A stretch of DNA of 63,316 nt, filler included, from Octopus bimaculoides (taxonomy: Eukaryota): assembly GCF_001194135.2 (NCBI RefSeq). It is 3 parts of 2 records of this genome, joined end to end, with 100 filler letters (N's around TTAATTAATTAA, not from the genome) between each part and the next. Parts side by side here need not be neighbours in the genome. Positions count along the whole stretch, not along the records: positions 29,197 to 57,540 come from NC_069005.1; 2 more parts are not named here. One strand, 5' to 3'. Positions 34,841-47,584 of this stretch are shown here, piece by piece (the first letter of the stretch is position 1; each line of letters starts with the position of its first letter). A program made the translations under genes and the position numbers. The notes under the pieces are model-generated. The model made no database searches, was not told where the DNA came from, and worked only from the letters and a program-made list of their open reading frames with translations.

Positions 34841-37794
34841 AACTAGTCAACAAAAGAAAAATTTTGAAATGATGTTGCGACACCAAATATCTTTTTTTTT
34901 TAGCTAATTTGAGGGCGCTGAATCTGAAAATGACCTTACTTTTCTTGGTTTCTACTCTACAGAAACGCTTCATTTTTTGGGGAAAAAAAGCATATTTTTT
35001 CATTTGTTTTCTGTATATTTGATATTGATCGATGGCAATATTTCTCAAAGTAAAATCGTAGAAACTTCTCAATTCGTATTTAAACCAACAAATAGTTGTC
35101 TGCTTATTAAGAAATGCTATTTTTGTAATAACAATCAGACCCTAAGTCTTTAAAAATAATACGATTGAATATATCAAGACCAACAAGTATTTACATCAAA
35201 TCATTAAATAAACTAACAGCAGAAATAAAACCTTCGTGAACATAAGAACTATGGTAACAATTTTCTCTTTCTTGATTGTCTGTCATGTTCAATGTTATTT
35301 AAGTCCCTTTTGATATCCAGCAGTAGTCAGCCATCATTCGTTTGTCCCACCGTCTCTGGTAGCGCTCTTCAATTGTCTTGATATCCTGATGGAATCGTTC
35401 TCCTTGCTCATCACTCACATCTACGTAGTTATCCGGTAATTTATCTCGATGGCTATGTAAAAAATGAACCTTAATACTCATATTAGCGCCTTTATCCTGT
35501 AGGCTTTTCAACAACTTTTCCACTACCTCCTTGTNNNNNNNNNNNNNNNNNNNNNNNNNNNNNNNNNNNNNNNNNNNNNNNNNNNNNNNNNNNNNNNNNN
35601 NNNNNNNNNNNNNNNNNNNNNNNNNNNNNNNNNNNNNNNNNNNNNNNNNNNNNNNNNNNNNNNNNNNNNNNNNNNNNNNNNNNNNNNNNNNNNNNNNNNN
35701 NNNNNNNNNNNNNNNNNNNNNNNNNNNNNNNNNNNNNNNNNNNNNNNNNNNNNNNNNCAAATTCATCATTCTTAATGAGTTTCCTGATATCAGAACCATC
35801 AAAGACTCCTGCTTCGAGTTTTTCGATGCTACGTCATGGAAACGATTTACATAATATACTCAAAACATTTACTTTCTTTGTCGAGTGATTTTCTATACTG
35901 CTTCATTAATCCCAATATAACATGCAAGGGACGGAAGATGATTTTTTTCTTTCGGAACTAGCGCTGCATTATAACGTTCTTTTCACTGACCTTCAACTGT
36001 AAGGGTGGCCAATCTTCCCTTTTCCAGTGCTCCTATTTTGCTCTACTGTCCCACATACACAAAAAACACATGGGAATTTCGTGAAGCCACTTTGTTGACC
36101 AAGCAAGAAATTTACCATTTTCAAATCGACACATAACACCCATTTATGTTTGGTGTAGTCAATCTGCTCCATAACATGTTTGATGGCATATAGGTATTGG
36201 TTCATACATGTTAGTATTATGGAGCAAAACACATTCAAACTACGTTTTGAACTATCAATGAACAATCTCCATTCATCAGTATCGTATTTGTGGAGGCCTA
36301 GTCGAAGAAGAATGCTCCCAATATCATTGCAATGAACAAGATCCGTGTTTTCATTAAAGAATGGTACAAATTCGTCATCCCTATTTCGATAGAAGGTTAC
36401 CTTTGTGCCTTTTGCTAACAGGTGTTTTTCATTGAGCTTGGAGGCCAAAGTTCTGCTGATTCTTTGCTTAGATTTATGTCTCGAACCAAATCATTCAGAT
36501 CATTTTGGTTAAACGGCTCTGACACGGTTTCGGGAACATAGTCGGGATCGTTTTCGCTGTGTCTCTCGTTTACATCAGTATCAGATTCATCACTTTCAAG
36601 AAGTTTTAACAAGTTTTCGTGAAAAACTGGGAATGGCAAATCATCTGAATGCGGCAGTGGTCGAATAGCGGAATGAAGACTGGGATAGTCGATAGATCTG
36701 CGTCTATTTTGGTTCAGTCTCACAACACTGACTGAGCAGAAGTAACATTCGTCAGAGTGGTTCTTTGGCTCACGCCAGATCATAAGAATAGTGAATCTCA
36801 GCGATTTTTGGGTACCTGAAGTCCATTGTCTTACGTTTTCCAAACATGTCTTGCAAACAATGTGAGAGGCCCATGATTTGTCTTGATCACCAAGCTCGAT
36901 GTGAAAGTAAGCACGATAGACTTCTTTGTAAAAGTCAAATATCGTTTTCCTGTTGGCTTTCGATGTGAACTCGCCGCATGTATAGCAAACTGAGTTGGGA
37001 TCATTTCTGAATCCTATCGTTGAAGCCATGCCATTTGATATCTATCTCTATGATTAAAAAAGAACATGAGTTGGTTGAGAATTTACATTACACTTTGCGT
37101 GTTCCCATTTAGGTAATTTAATCTTTCTTAATATCTACGGAAAGACTCGTAAAACTGTCAATAACAAAAGATGGAAAGAGTCGTTACGCTGATTCTACTT
37201 CGTATCTTCGTAATCCCGCGTGGAGGGCAGATGTTACGATGAAACTATTTTCATGATATTCATCATATACAGTGGAATAGGTGCATTCAATTGGGATGTC
37301 TTCAATTGGAGTTTCTTTTTCCAACTGTGAAAACAAGAGCTCTTAATGTGCTTGAAGGGATAAGAGTGAAGGGATAAATTTATGAATATCAAACAGAACA
37401 TTTTAGGGCTTCATTTTTTTTGATGTCACCTTAATTACCAGGTTTACTAAAGAGTATTACTGATAAAGCTTATCAGTTAATTTGAATTTTGGCAATGAAT
37501 TGGAAAAATTCGGTACTTCTATTTTAAAACACTTTTTTTCTTATAAAAATAGTTTTTAATCAGGTGGTTGACATAAACTGCTTGGCCTGTCTGAAAATTC
37601 ATAGGTTTCTACTACCTTTTTTTAATTAAATTTTGCGATTAGCCAAGATCGTAAATCGATGTATTTTTCCAATTTCAGTACAGCAAAAACGCTAGCTAAA
37701 TTTGAAAAACTAAGGTCATTTTCGGAATCAGCACCATCAAATTAGCTAAAAAATGTGTTTTGTTTCTTGACGCCAAAATTCGTGTTGACCATTG
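34841..37794 (-). mobile_element. Near full-length Chapaev3-type (CMC/EnSpm superfamily) DNA transposon, frameshifted transposase, long TIRs
   Basis: N-terminal CYTCGE..GDQDKSWASHIVCKTC..WREPKNHSDECYFC, central WRLFIDSSKRSL..VDLKMV..GQQSGFTKFPC, C-terminal KVHFLHSH..SDEQGERFHQDI..RYQ..W..MMADYCW. Matching inverted ends (gtcaac..ttttttagctaatttga.gg.gctga.tc.gaaaatgacctta). Confidence 0.85.
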
Positions 37795-37799
37795 TAATT

Positions 37800-38972
37800 G
37801 ACCTTTGAATAAAATTTATTCAATGAAATAATTTCCATTATTATTGATAAATTCCATCAGCATAAAATTTGATTGGTTTCGAAGAAAAAAGTTATCTAGA
37901 TTCATTTCGACATCATTTACATCGTTAAATGTTTTTCTTTCCAATGAGTTCTGTAGAGACAAAAACAATTGGTAGTCGGGTGGTGCAATATCTGGAGAAT
38001 ATGTTGGATTGGTTAAGAGATTCCAGCCAAGTTCATATAACTTTGTTCGATTAACCAAATACACCAGTGGTCGGGCATTGTCTTGTTGGAACACTGAACC
38101 TTTCCTGTTGGCAATCTTCGGCTTCAATTCTTTGTTTTGTTTCAAATTAACCAGCTGACGACAGTACTCATGAGAATTAATGGTCTGGTTTTGTGGGAGA
38201 AGATCATAATGAATAATATATTAATGATCCCACCAAACACAAAGTATAGATTTTTGGCATGGATATTCGTCTTTGGTTGCTGTTTTGGTGGATCATTTCG
38301 CAAACTCCATGATCTTTCCCGCACTAGGTTTTCGTACACATTCCATTTTTCATCTCCCGTCACAAGTTGCTTAAAAAAAGGCATGCTTTTATTCCGTTTC
38401 AAAAGCATATCACAAACGGAATACCGGTCCAAGCAATTCTTTTCTGAGAGTTTGTAAGGGACCCATACATTACAGCGAGAAATGTATCCTAGCTTCACTA
38501 GGTTTTCATGAGCCGTACTTTAGAAACTTCCAACTCCTCTGCAAGTTCTCTCGTAGTAACATTCGAGTTTCCTTCAATTTTTGCCTCCAAAACATCTTCA
38601 TCCAGTTTTGAAGGTCTTCCACTACAACTGTCATCTTCCAAGCTAAACTCTCCAGCTTCAAACAGTTGATTCACCTACAGCATCATCACCATAAACTTCA
38701 CAAACATTTTTGCAATTCTGTGCAGAATGTCCCTCCTTTTTAAAAATGAATAACATTACAACACGAATATGAAATTTTTGTTCATCCACTTTAAATGTTA
38801 ATAAAGGGTAACTGGAATGAAGGATAAATCTATTTTTTGTCAGGAACAAAGAAGAGATGCCCTACCACTTCAAGCGACGCCAAAGTTTTAATTGTATTAC
38901 GTATCAGGTGTAGTCAATGAAGCATGGCAAGATTTAGCGTAAAAACGCTCAGACCTTTCCGGACAACCTAAT
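37800..38972 (-). mobile_element. Mariner transposon (Hsmar1/SETMAR-like), frameshifted, 3' TIR missing
   Basis: WVPYKL, VTGDEKW, FQQDNARP, YSPDIAPPDYQLF. 5' TIR TATTAGGTTGTCCGGAA. Confidence 0.9.
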
Positions 38973-39295
38973 ATATATGTAGCTGCGTGTGTATATTTGT
39001 GTTGCATTTGTGTTTCCTCACCACCACTTACCCCGTCCTATGTAATAAGTACCAGGCTTAAAAAAAGACTGGGGTCAATTTGCTCGACTGAACCGTTCAA
39101 GGTGTTGCCCCAGTAGGATCGTAGTCCAGTGATTGAAACACGTGAAAGGTAAAATATTACGCACATAGACACACACAGAGACCCCCCCCCCCCNNNNNNN
39201 NNNNNNNNNNNNNNNNNNNNNNNNNNNNNNNNNNNNNNNNNNNNNNNNNNNNNNNNNNNNNNNNNNNNNNNNNNNNNNNNNNNNNCACACACACA

Positions 39296-39960
39296 CACAG
39301 CGTGGTCCAAAAGTAACAAGTCCATTTTAAATATAATAACTCATTTACAATTGATTTTTCAATTGTTTTTTGTTTCAGATTATTGACCCGTGCTTTTTAG
39401 AAAACAATCATAGAGAAAGTTACGTCAAAGCAACGAGTAAAAATAATCGAATTTTATCAAGAAAATCAACAATAAATTATGTTAACCTAAAGGGCATACA
39501 TTCGTTATTTTAGGTTCAGACAATCAACATCAAAGCATCTTAGAACAACATTCAACGTCTACGGTTGAGAATAAAAGAAAAGCTTTCACCATCAACCCAA
39601 TGGCGGGTCCCAGTAGCTTGGTGTATTCCGAAGCTCACCACAGGGGAGTCAAAGGATACTGAATTTATTAAGTGCAGCTAGTTCAAGAACTAAAGCTAGC
39701 AGATTATCGGATGCGATTAGTGTATGCTGCCCAGATTGGAGTATTGCTAAAGATTGAGACCAATCAACTTAATTTCCACAGCTTGGTTGAAGGCCACCAA
39801 TATCCGGATGATGCTTGAAATGAATAACTATTTTATGGAGGCAAGCCAACGATTGTGTTCGTGCATTAAAAAGGTCATCGAAGCTGATGGCGTATTTATA
39901 GAATAATCTTATAAGGAAGCTTATTAAGAACATCTGCACAAACTTATCTTTAAATATATA
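39296..39960 (+). mobile_element. Internally deleted Tc1/mariner-like element
   Basis: TIR-like cagcgtggtccaaaagt, N-terminal RVKIIEFYQENQ, C-terminal ..KKVIEADGVFIE*. Confidence 0.55.
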
Positions 39961-40041
39961 GTCTTTCTTTGCTAGATTACAGATTTTTCTTTATTAAATC
40001 TTCAGATAAGTCCTCAGAAATCTTAAACATCCGGCCTATCG

Positions 40042-40079
<38 letters not shown>

Positions 40080-40082
40080 ATC

Positions 40083-40424
40083 TTCCCTAGAAAATAGATA
40101 GCAGCCAATTTTGTCAGTGAATTGAATTTATCGCATTGTGCTTGAATAAATGCAACACTTAACAGATCTTTTCCATTCATCCGATGCAACAGTTTATCTA
40201 CTGACATCAAATGATGGAAAGCAATGCTACGCATACACAGGTTCGTGAACATCCCTGCTTGACTCCTGAATACAATTGATGGATGGGTTTTCCACTCTCT
40301 CCTTTCGAATTGTTCCTCCAAGGAACATGAATTACGCTTATTATCTGTATATTACATCAATTAATATAATCTGACAGCTTGGCCGAGAAGTACCGCCTTT
40401 GAGCGTATAACTGCGTAAGCATGC

Positions 40425-40498
<74 letters not shown>

Positions 40499-40500
40499 GG
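40083..40500. repeat. Unclassified ~400-bp interspersed repeat ending in (CTAT)n; second copy at about 56951-57360
   Basis: Both begin ttccctagaaaatagatagcagccaatttt and end gtataactgcgtaagcatg-(ctat)n. Confidence 0.75.
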
Positions 40501-41223
40501 TATATACATACATATATGCATATATATGTATATATATGCATATATTTGCTTACATATGTATATGCATGTATATAATATATATATATATGTCTGTATATAT
40601 TTAGATGTATGTATATATATATATTTATATATGTCTATATATATATATATANNNNNNNNNNNNNNNNNNNNNNNNNNNNNNNNNNNNNNNNNNNNNNNNN
40701 NNNNNNNNNNNNNNNNNNNNNNNNNNNNNNNNNNNNNNNNNNNNNNNNNNNNNNNNNNNNNNNNNNNNNNNNNNNNNNNNNNNNNNNNNNNNNNNNNNNN
40801 NNNNNNNNNNNNNNNNNNNNNNNNNNNNNNNNNNNNNNNNNNNNNNNNNNNNNNNNNNNNNNNNNNNNNNNNNNNNNNNNNNNNNNNNNNNNNNNNNNNN
40901 NNNNNNNNNNNNNNNNNNNNNNNNNNNNNNNNNNNNNNNNNNNNNNNNNNNNNNNNNNNNNNNNNNNNNNNNNNNNNNNNNNNNNNNNNNNNNNNNNNNN
41001 NNNNNNNNNNNNNNNNNNNNNNNNNNNNNNNNNNNNNNNNNNNNNNNNNNNNNNNNNNNNNNNNNNNNNNNNNNNNNNNNNNNNNNNNNNNNNNNNNNNN
41101 NNNNNNNNNNNNNNNNNNNNNNNNNNNNNNNNNNNNNNNNNNNNNNNNNNNNNNNNNNNNNNNNNNNNNNNNNNNNNNNNNNNNNNNNNNNNNNNNNNNN
41201 NNNNNNNNNNNNNNNNNNNNNNN

Positions 41224-41290
<67 letters not shown>

Positions 41291-41358
41291 CAAGACAAAA
41301 TGAGATAAAATGTGAGTAGTTTTCAGAATATTTATAAGGAAAAATATATAGATATATA

Positions 41359-41407
41359 GTCTTACAGCTGTTTCTGTCGATATTATGGATATCCCTTCAT
41401 CAGAGAC
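41359..41407 (-). ncRNA. Type I hammerhead ribozyme motif, helix II partly decayed, in a Penelope-like repeat (about 41294-41600)
   Basis: Minus strand gtct-CTGATGA-A-gg-gatat-ccata-atatc-gaca-GAAA-cagctg-TA-agac: helix I gtct/agac, palindromic ACAGCTGT, GUA site. Confidence 0.6.
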
Positions 41408-43389
41408 GATATGAGATAGTTAAACAGAGGTGAATAATTGAGTTCGAAATTCGAAATTATTATGGAAGAGGAGGGGATATGGAATATAGAGGGAAATAAG
41501 AAAATGAAAGTAGAAATAAAACAAAATATATAAAGATATTCTTGTTGCAATTCCATTATTCGAGGAAAGTGGTGTATAGATGTGGTAAAAGAGTTTCCTG
41601 TACATGCTATGTAAGTTCCATTAGTGGTTCATGTTTAGTCATTTCAAAGTAAGGAGGCGTGGATACTGTATTGCTTATTGGAAAGGATCCACACACACAC
41701 ACACACGCACGCACATACGCACACACAAATGTATGTATGTGTGTTTGTATGATAGAAATATAGATGCATGTTTTCGCAGGTATATACTCAAAGGCCAAGC
41801 TATTAGACTATAATGTATTAATTTATGTAATACACACTCACATATATGTATATGTATGTATATATATATATATGTACATGAGCATGTATATATATATATA
41901 CGTATATATTTGTGTATATGCATACACATATACATNNNNNNNNNNNNNNNNNNNNNNNNNNNNNNNNNNNNNNNNNNNNNNNNNNNNNNNNNNNNNNNNN
42001 NNNNNNNNNNNNNNNNNNNNNNNNNNNNNNNNNNNNNNNNNNNNNNNNNNNNNNNNNNNNNNNNNNNNNNNNNNNNNNNNNNNNNNNNNNNNNNNNNNNN
42101 NNNNNNNNNNNNNNNNNNNNNNNNNNNNNNNNNNNNNNNNNNNNNNNNNNNNNNNNNNNNNNNNNNNNNNNNNNNNNNNNNNNNNNNNNNNNNNNNNNNN
42201 NNNNNNNNNNNNNNNNNNNNNNNNNNNNNNNNNNNNNNNNNNNNNNNNNNNNNNNNNNNNNNNNNNNNNNNNNNNNNNNNNNNNNNNNNNNNNNNNNNNN
42301 NNNNNNNNNNNNNNNNNNNNNNNNNNNNNNNNNNNNNNNNNNNNNNNNNNNNNNNNNNNNNNNNNNNNNNNNNNNNNNNNNNNNNNNNNNNNNNNNNNNN
42401 NNNNNNNNNNNNNNNNNNNNNNNNNNNNNNNNNNNNNNNNNNNNNNNNNNNNNNNNNNNNNNNNNNNNNNNNNNNNNNNNNNNNNNNNNNNNNNNNNNNN
42501 NNNNNNNNNNNNNNNNNNNNNNNNNNNNNNNNNNNNNNNNNNNNNNNNNNNNNNNNNNNNNNNNNNNNNNNNNNNNNNNNNNNNNNNNNNNNNNNNNNNN
42601 NNNNNNNNNNNNNNNNNNNNNNNNNNNNNNNNNNNNNNNNNNNNNNNNNNNNNNNNNNNNNNNNNNNNNNNNNNNNNNNNNNNNNNNNNNNNNNNNNNNN
42701 NNNNNNNNNNNNNNNNNNNNNNNNNNNNNNNNNNNNNNNNNNNNNNNNNNNNNNNNNCTCTTAGTAGTAAAGACGACGCAAGAGACCTTTTGGCCGAAGG
42801 CACATAGCCCCTTTCGTAATGAAGCTAGAAATAGAGTTTTGGCCAGTCAGTCGTGAAAAAAAAAAAAACAATAACAAGACCACCTGAAACGAAAGACTTG
42901 GAAGCGAAAATTGTTCCAGACAAGAAGATGTTATCTCTTTTCTAATCGGTTCCAGTTGTGTCCTAAAAGATTCAGTTTATATACGATTTCCGTTTACTAA
43001 TCAACGAGCGGGGAACTTTATATCTCTTTCACAACTGGCTGACCAAGACAGTGTTCTTAGCTCCACAAGTAAAGAAGTTATGTACTTCCGACCAGCACTT
43101 CTGATGTGTCGTCTGTATTGATAAGAAATAATAGACACGAATCCAATGGCATCTTTCTGAGCGGTCATAAACAACGATTACATAAAATGTTACTGCTAAA
43201 AAAATGTTTAGAGTGTGCCTTTTTTCCCCACTAATGAACAACTGAGCGATACCCCCCCCCACACACACAGGGAATATATCACGTTATTGTTTCACTTTTA
43301 TATACATGGATATACATTCACACGTCAGTTGAAAAGTGAAAATGTAATAGTAATAATTTAACACTCAATGGTTTTACATTTCTGTATAT

Positions 43390-45110
43390 GACCTATTCAT
43401 GTAAGTGCGTCTTCATATATTGTGTTTTCTGTCTTGTCATATTTATCACTGAGAATGTAGAGGTTCTTTTCAATTCCAACTCTAGAACATCCAACATAAC
43501 AGCTGACCATATGAGAAGCAAGTTTGAAGGAGGTTAAGTACTACCACCTTTTGAGATTGGCCTTGTGCTTCGTTGGTAGACATTGCAAAGCTGTTTGACT
43601 GGAAACTGCAGTCTCTTGAACTGAAAGGGGAGATCATTTGAGATGAAAGGTATCCTTGGAATGAAGACATTCTCACGCATCATGTTGCCATGATGGAGAA
43701 GAGATTTCTCAGCTGCATAGGAGACTTGCACATTTGTGCCTCTGTTAGAGACCTCTGAGATGGCAAGCCTGGCGATATGTTTGACATACTGTGTTATCAA
43801 CCATGCATAAGGCTGTAAATGGTGTGGGTCCCTTGAGATGGTGTAACAGAAGCCTTAGATAGTAGCACTCTGAGTAGTTGAGATGGACAACATAAACTCT
43901 GCCAAGTATGTCTGATTTCTTGATTCCCAGATGATGTGCGGGTGCTCCAAGTGCACGTCTTTTCCATTTGTTTTGGTACCAGGTATAGAATTGTGGAACT
44001 TCATTGTGTAGCAATCTTGTAACTAATTAATCATCTTGACAGAGCTTGAAGAATGTTGTGAGTGTGGTATTTTTGGGAGCTGCCATTTTCAGTTGGACTG
44101 TGTCTGTCAGTGGGCTGTCCCTGAGATGGAGAACAATGTCACACTTGTCATGTTCTTGCCCATCCAGAAGCATACTATTTCTTTTGCTGTTGGTGCATTA
44201 AACCTCCATCCATGTTAACCAGATGGTTTCTTGTATGATCTGATAGCTACCTTGTAATCCATGGAGTCAGGTGGAATTGTTTCAAGTGCAGTCCTGAAGC
44301 TTCCGATCAAGTTGTTGTTGTTGTTATGCAGCAGCTTTTACAGAGTCACTACAATGTTCATCCTGATGCCGGAAATGTTCTTACACCTCTCTTGCCCTTC
44401 TTGTTGAGAATCACCCATAATATATTTGAAGGAATTTTAGTGAATCATTTGACAGAGGTAGTAGAGAGCCAATCCGATTATAAATCTGACCGTGGACCTT
44501 AAAAGTTTGTAAGAATCCTGGCTCAGTTAGATCGCTTGTGGTTCCAAATGATGTCATCTGTAGTGCAGCACTGCACTGTCTAATTTTGTTTTGGAAGTGC
44601 TTGAGATCTTGGTCAGTTGATGACAACAGTTTCTGCAATAGCTTTGGAAGTTGGGGATTGCAGTGAGTTTAACCTTTCCACCATTGCAGCACAGTGCAGG
44701 TGTCTCTCCAGACTACTTCTTTGCTTTACAATGTGTGCACTCAGTTGTCATTGCACCAATGGAAACGCTAGTGTCATCTGCATAATGAACGGCTGGATCA
44801 TAATTGAAAGCTGCTTCATAGAAGCTGCTTCTTCGAGCTGTAACTCCTCTTCGTTCTGCCGAAGAGATCCTATTCCTTGTTAGTCGTGCATATCTCTGTT
44901 GATCACTTTGTGGTGCGCTGACTTTTGTAGTACACAGTCTGTTCGTTTCTTTGTACGCTTCACTTTCTGCCAATATCTCTTTTTTCCTGGACAAAGACAT
45001 TCTTTTGGCTGACCTTGAAATTGTAGACAAATTGGCATAGCTACAGATTTCTACCCCCACTCGACTTTGGATGATCATAACTTTCAGAAAACTGGATATT
45101 TTTTAATGAA
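43390..45110 (-). mobile_element. Internally deleted Helitron Rep/helicase pseudogene
   Basis: N-terminal C-x2-C (ECTHCKAKK), ALQMTSFG..FKVHGQIYNRIGSLLP..KFLQIY, GRVYVVH..ECYYLRLLLHHLKGP..TYRQACHLRGL, PIF1-type VFIPRIPFI..LPFQFKRLQFPV..FAMSTNEAQGQS..FSYGQL. Confidence 0.9.
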
Positions 45111-45851
45111 ATTTTGCTATGAATATGTGTTATATCATGTGGATTCTGAATATACAAAATTTTGCCTTTGTCATATGGAAAGGATCTAGACAGAATATTC
45201 CATTACAAATCGAATTGTTTATTATAATCTTTTAGAGACAAAATTAATTTACTAAACCTAGTATTGTTGCGTTTTTTGATATATCTAAATGTCGAGTAAT
45301 GGTTAGATATTCTTTTCGACAACTGAGATGAAGAACTACCTATGTAAAAAAGACATCAGAACCCTCTTCAGCCGGTTTTTGACCACAATTTCCAGCAGCT
45401 TCATATAACCGTCTGAATTGAGCCTAAAACCCTCTTCTGGCGTGCTGGCGTAGCTAGAACGCATGTTGTGTTGTCCACGTCTTTGTATCTCCATTACAGT
45501 TGTCCGTCACATCTTATAGCCTTTGTAATGTTCACAGAACATTGAACAGCAGTCATGATGTCAGTATTTTGATACCCGGCACGAATGATTATTATAAAGG
45601 AACACTTCTCTAATATTCAAATGGCTTCCAGTCCTCCATATCAGTAAACTTCTTCTCAACACGCTTACCGACGCCGTTGACTGTTCACTACTACATTAAG
45701 TTGTTCATGAAAAACAGAAAACATAAAAATCATCAAATGTACCCCGAACACCCTGTATGTTTGATCAGCGCCACTTTAGGAGCAACCTATAATACAACAA
45801 CAACAACAACAACAACAACATCCTATTCAACATCTTTTCTCCATTTTTCAG

Positions 45852-46009
45852 AAATCACAGACAAATGCCTGCAATACAGTAAGGATTTGGACTGCAGGTT
45901 CTATGATTGTTTACACGGAAGATTTCCCTGTGGTGGACCCAAGAAAAAGAATAGACCTCGTGCTCATTGTGTGAGATCCAAGGAAAAAGCACATAAATTA
46001 ACTGACGTG
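45852..46009 (+). CDS. Stanniocalcin-like protein, internal exon A (ITDKCLQYSKDLDCRFYDCLHGRFPCGGPKKKNRPRAHCVRSKEKAHKLTDV)
   Basis: Acceptor ccatttttcag|, donor GTG|GTAAGT, phase 1/0. Five Cys in a C-x8-C-x4-C-x6-C-x12-C pattern. Confidence 0.82.
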
Positions 46010-46073
46010 GTAAGTCAAACTTCTGATTAGAAACGCGCGTGAGAAATAGTAAGAGACAGAAGAGTGAGGGAGG

Positions 46074-46115
<42 letters not shown>

Positions 46116-46384
46116 GAAGAGACAGTTAAGAGGAAGGAGAATGTCATGTTTTATTATCATTATTATATCGTAAGGTGGCGAGATGGCAGAATCGTTTGCA
46201 CGCCGGTCGAAATGCTTAGCGGTATTTCGTCTGCCACTACATTCTAAATTCAAATTCCGCTGAGGTCGGCATTGCCTTTCATCCTTTCGGGTTGGATTAA
46301 TTAAGTACCAGTTGAGTACTGGGATCGATGTGATCGAATGTCCCCCTCTCTAGAAAATCCAGGCCTTGTGCCTATAGTAGAAAA

Positions 46385-46468
<84 letters not shown>

Positions 46469-47357
46469 CGGAAGACTACGAGCTGGCAGAATTATTAACA
46501 CACTAGGCAAAAAGCTTAGCGGCTTTTCGTCCGTCTTCTGAGTCCAACTTCCACCGAGGTCCACTTTGCCTTTCATCCTCTCGGGTTCATAAAACAAGTG
46601 TCAGACATACAAACACACACACACATATATATATACATACATATACACGACAGGCTTATTTCAGTTTCCGCCTACCAAATCCACTCCCTAGGCTTTGGTC
46701 GGCCCGAGGCTATATAGTAGAAGACACTCGTCCGAGGTGCCCTTCACTATTTTTTAATATTTATACATTATCGTATGTGAAAGTGCATAGCTCAGTGGTT
46801 AGAGCGTCGGGATCACAAGCATGAGGTAGTGAGTTCGATTCCCGGACCGTGCCGTGTTTTGTGTTCTTGTGCAATACTCTATATTTCACGTTGCTCCACT
46901 CCAGTTCATTCAGCTGTAGAAATGAGTTGTGACCTCAGTGGTGCCAAGCTGTATCGGCTTTTCCTTTGCATAACATCGGTGGCGTGGAGAGGGGAGGCCG
47001 GTATGCACAACTGACTGCTGATCTTCCATAAACAGCCCTTCCCAGACTTGTGCTTCGGAGGGCAACTTTCTAAGTGTAATCCCATTATCATTCATGATCA
47101 AAGGGGTTCTTTTAACTCTTCCTTTTTTTCTACGCCACATCCTTACCTTGTTATTCTATTCCTTACTCCGCCAGATTAGAAAGACCAAGTACTGGGATCT
47201 TTGTTATCTACTTGGCCTCCATTCCTCTCAAAATTGCTTGTCTTGTGTTATAACTAGACAGAATTAGTATTCACTCACCCCAAATAAATAAATAAATAAA
47301 CAATCCCTTGAAAAGCGTCAATTTTTGTTTTTACTAACCACTGTCTAATATTTACAG

Positions 47358-47584
47358 GGTAAAATCTGGATTAATAGTATCATAAAATGTTTCATGAAAG
47401 AGGTGACACTTATCTACAAACGTCCGTCACTCGATTGTAATGATGTCGACACATTGATCCTGGGCACACAACACAAATGTTACACAGCCAATGATTTCTG
47501 TAATGTTGGCTGGGAACACCGCAGGGAACTGTGGAAAATATTCAGTGTACCCATGAGTACGTCTAAATCACATTACTATAAAAT
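47358..47584 (+). CDS. Stanniocalcin-like protein, internal exon B (GKIWINSIIKCFMKEVTLIYKRPSLDCNDVDTLILGTQHKCYTANDFCNVGWEHRRELWKIFSVPMSTSKSHYYK)
   Basis: Acceptor tttacag|GGT in phase with exon A, donor AT|GTAAGT. Cys spacing x23-C-x15-C-x13-C-x6-C equals that of human STC1 C74-C98-C114-C128-C135. Confidence 0.85.
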
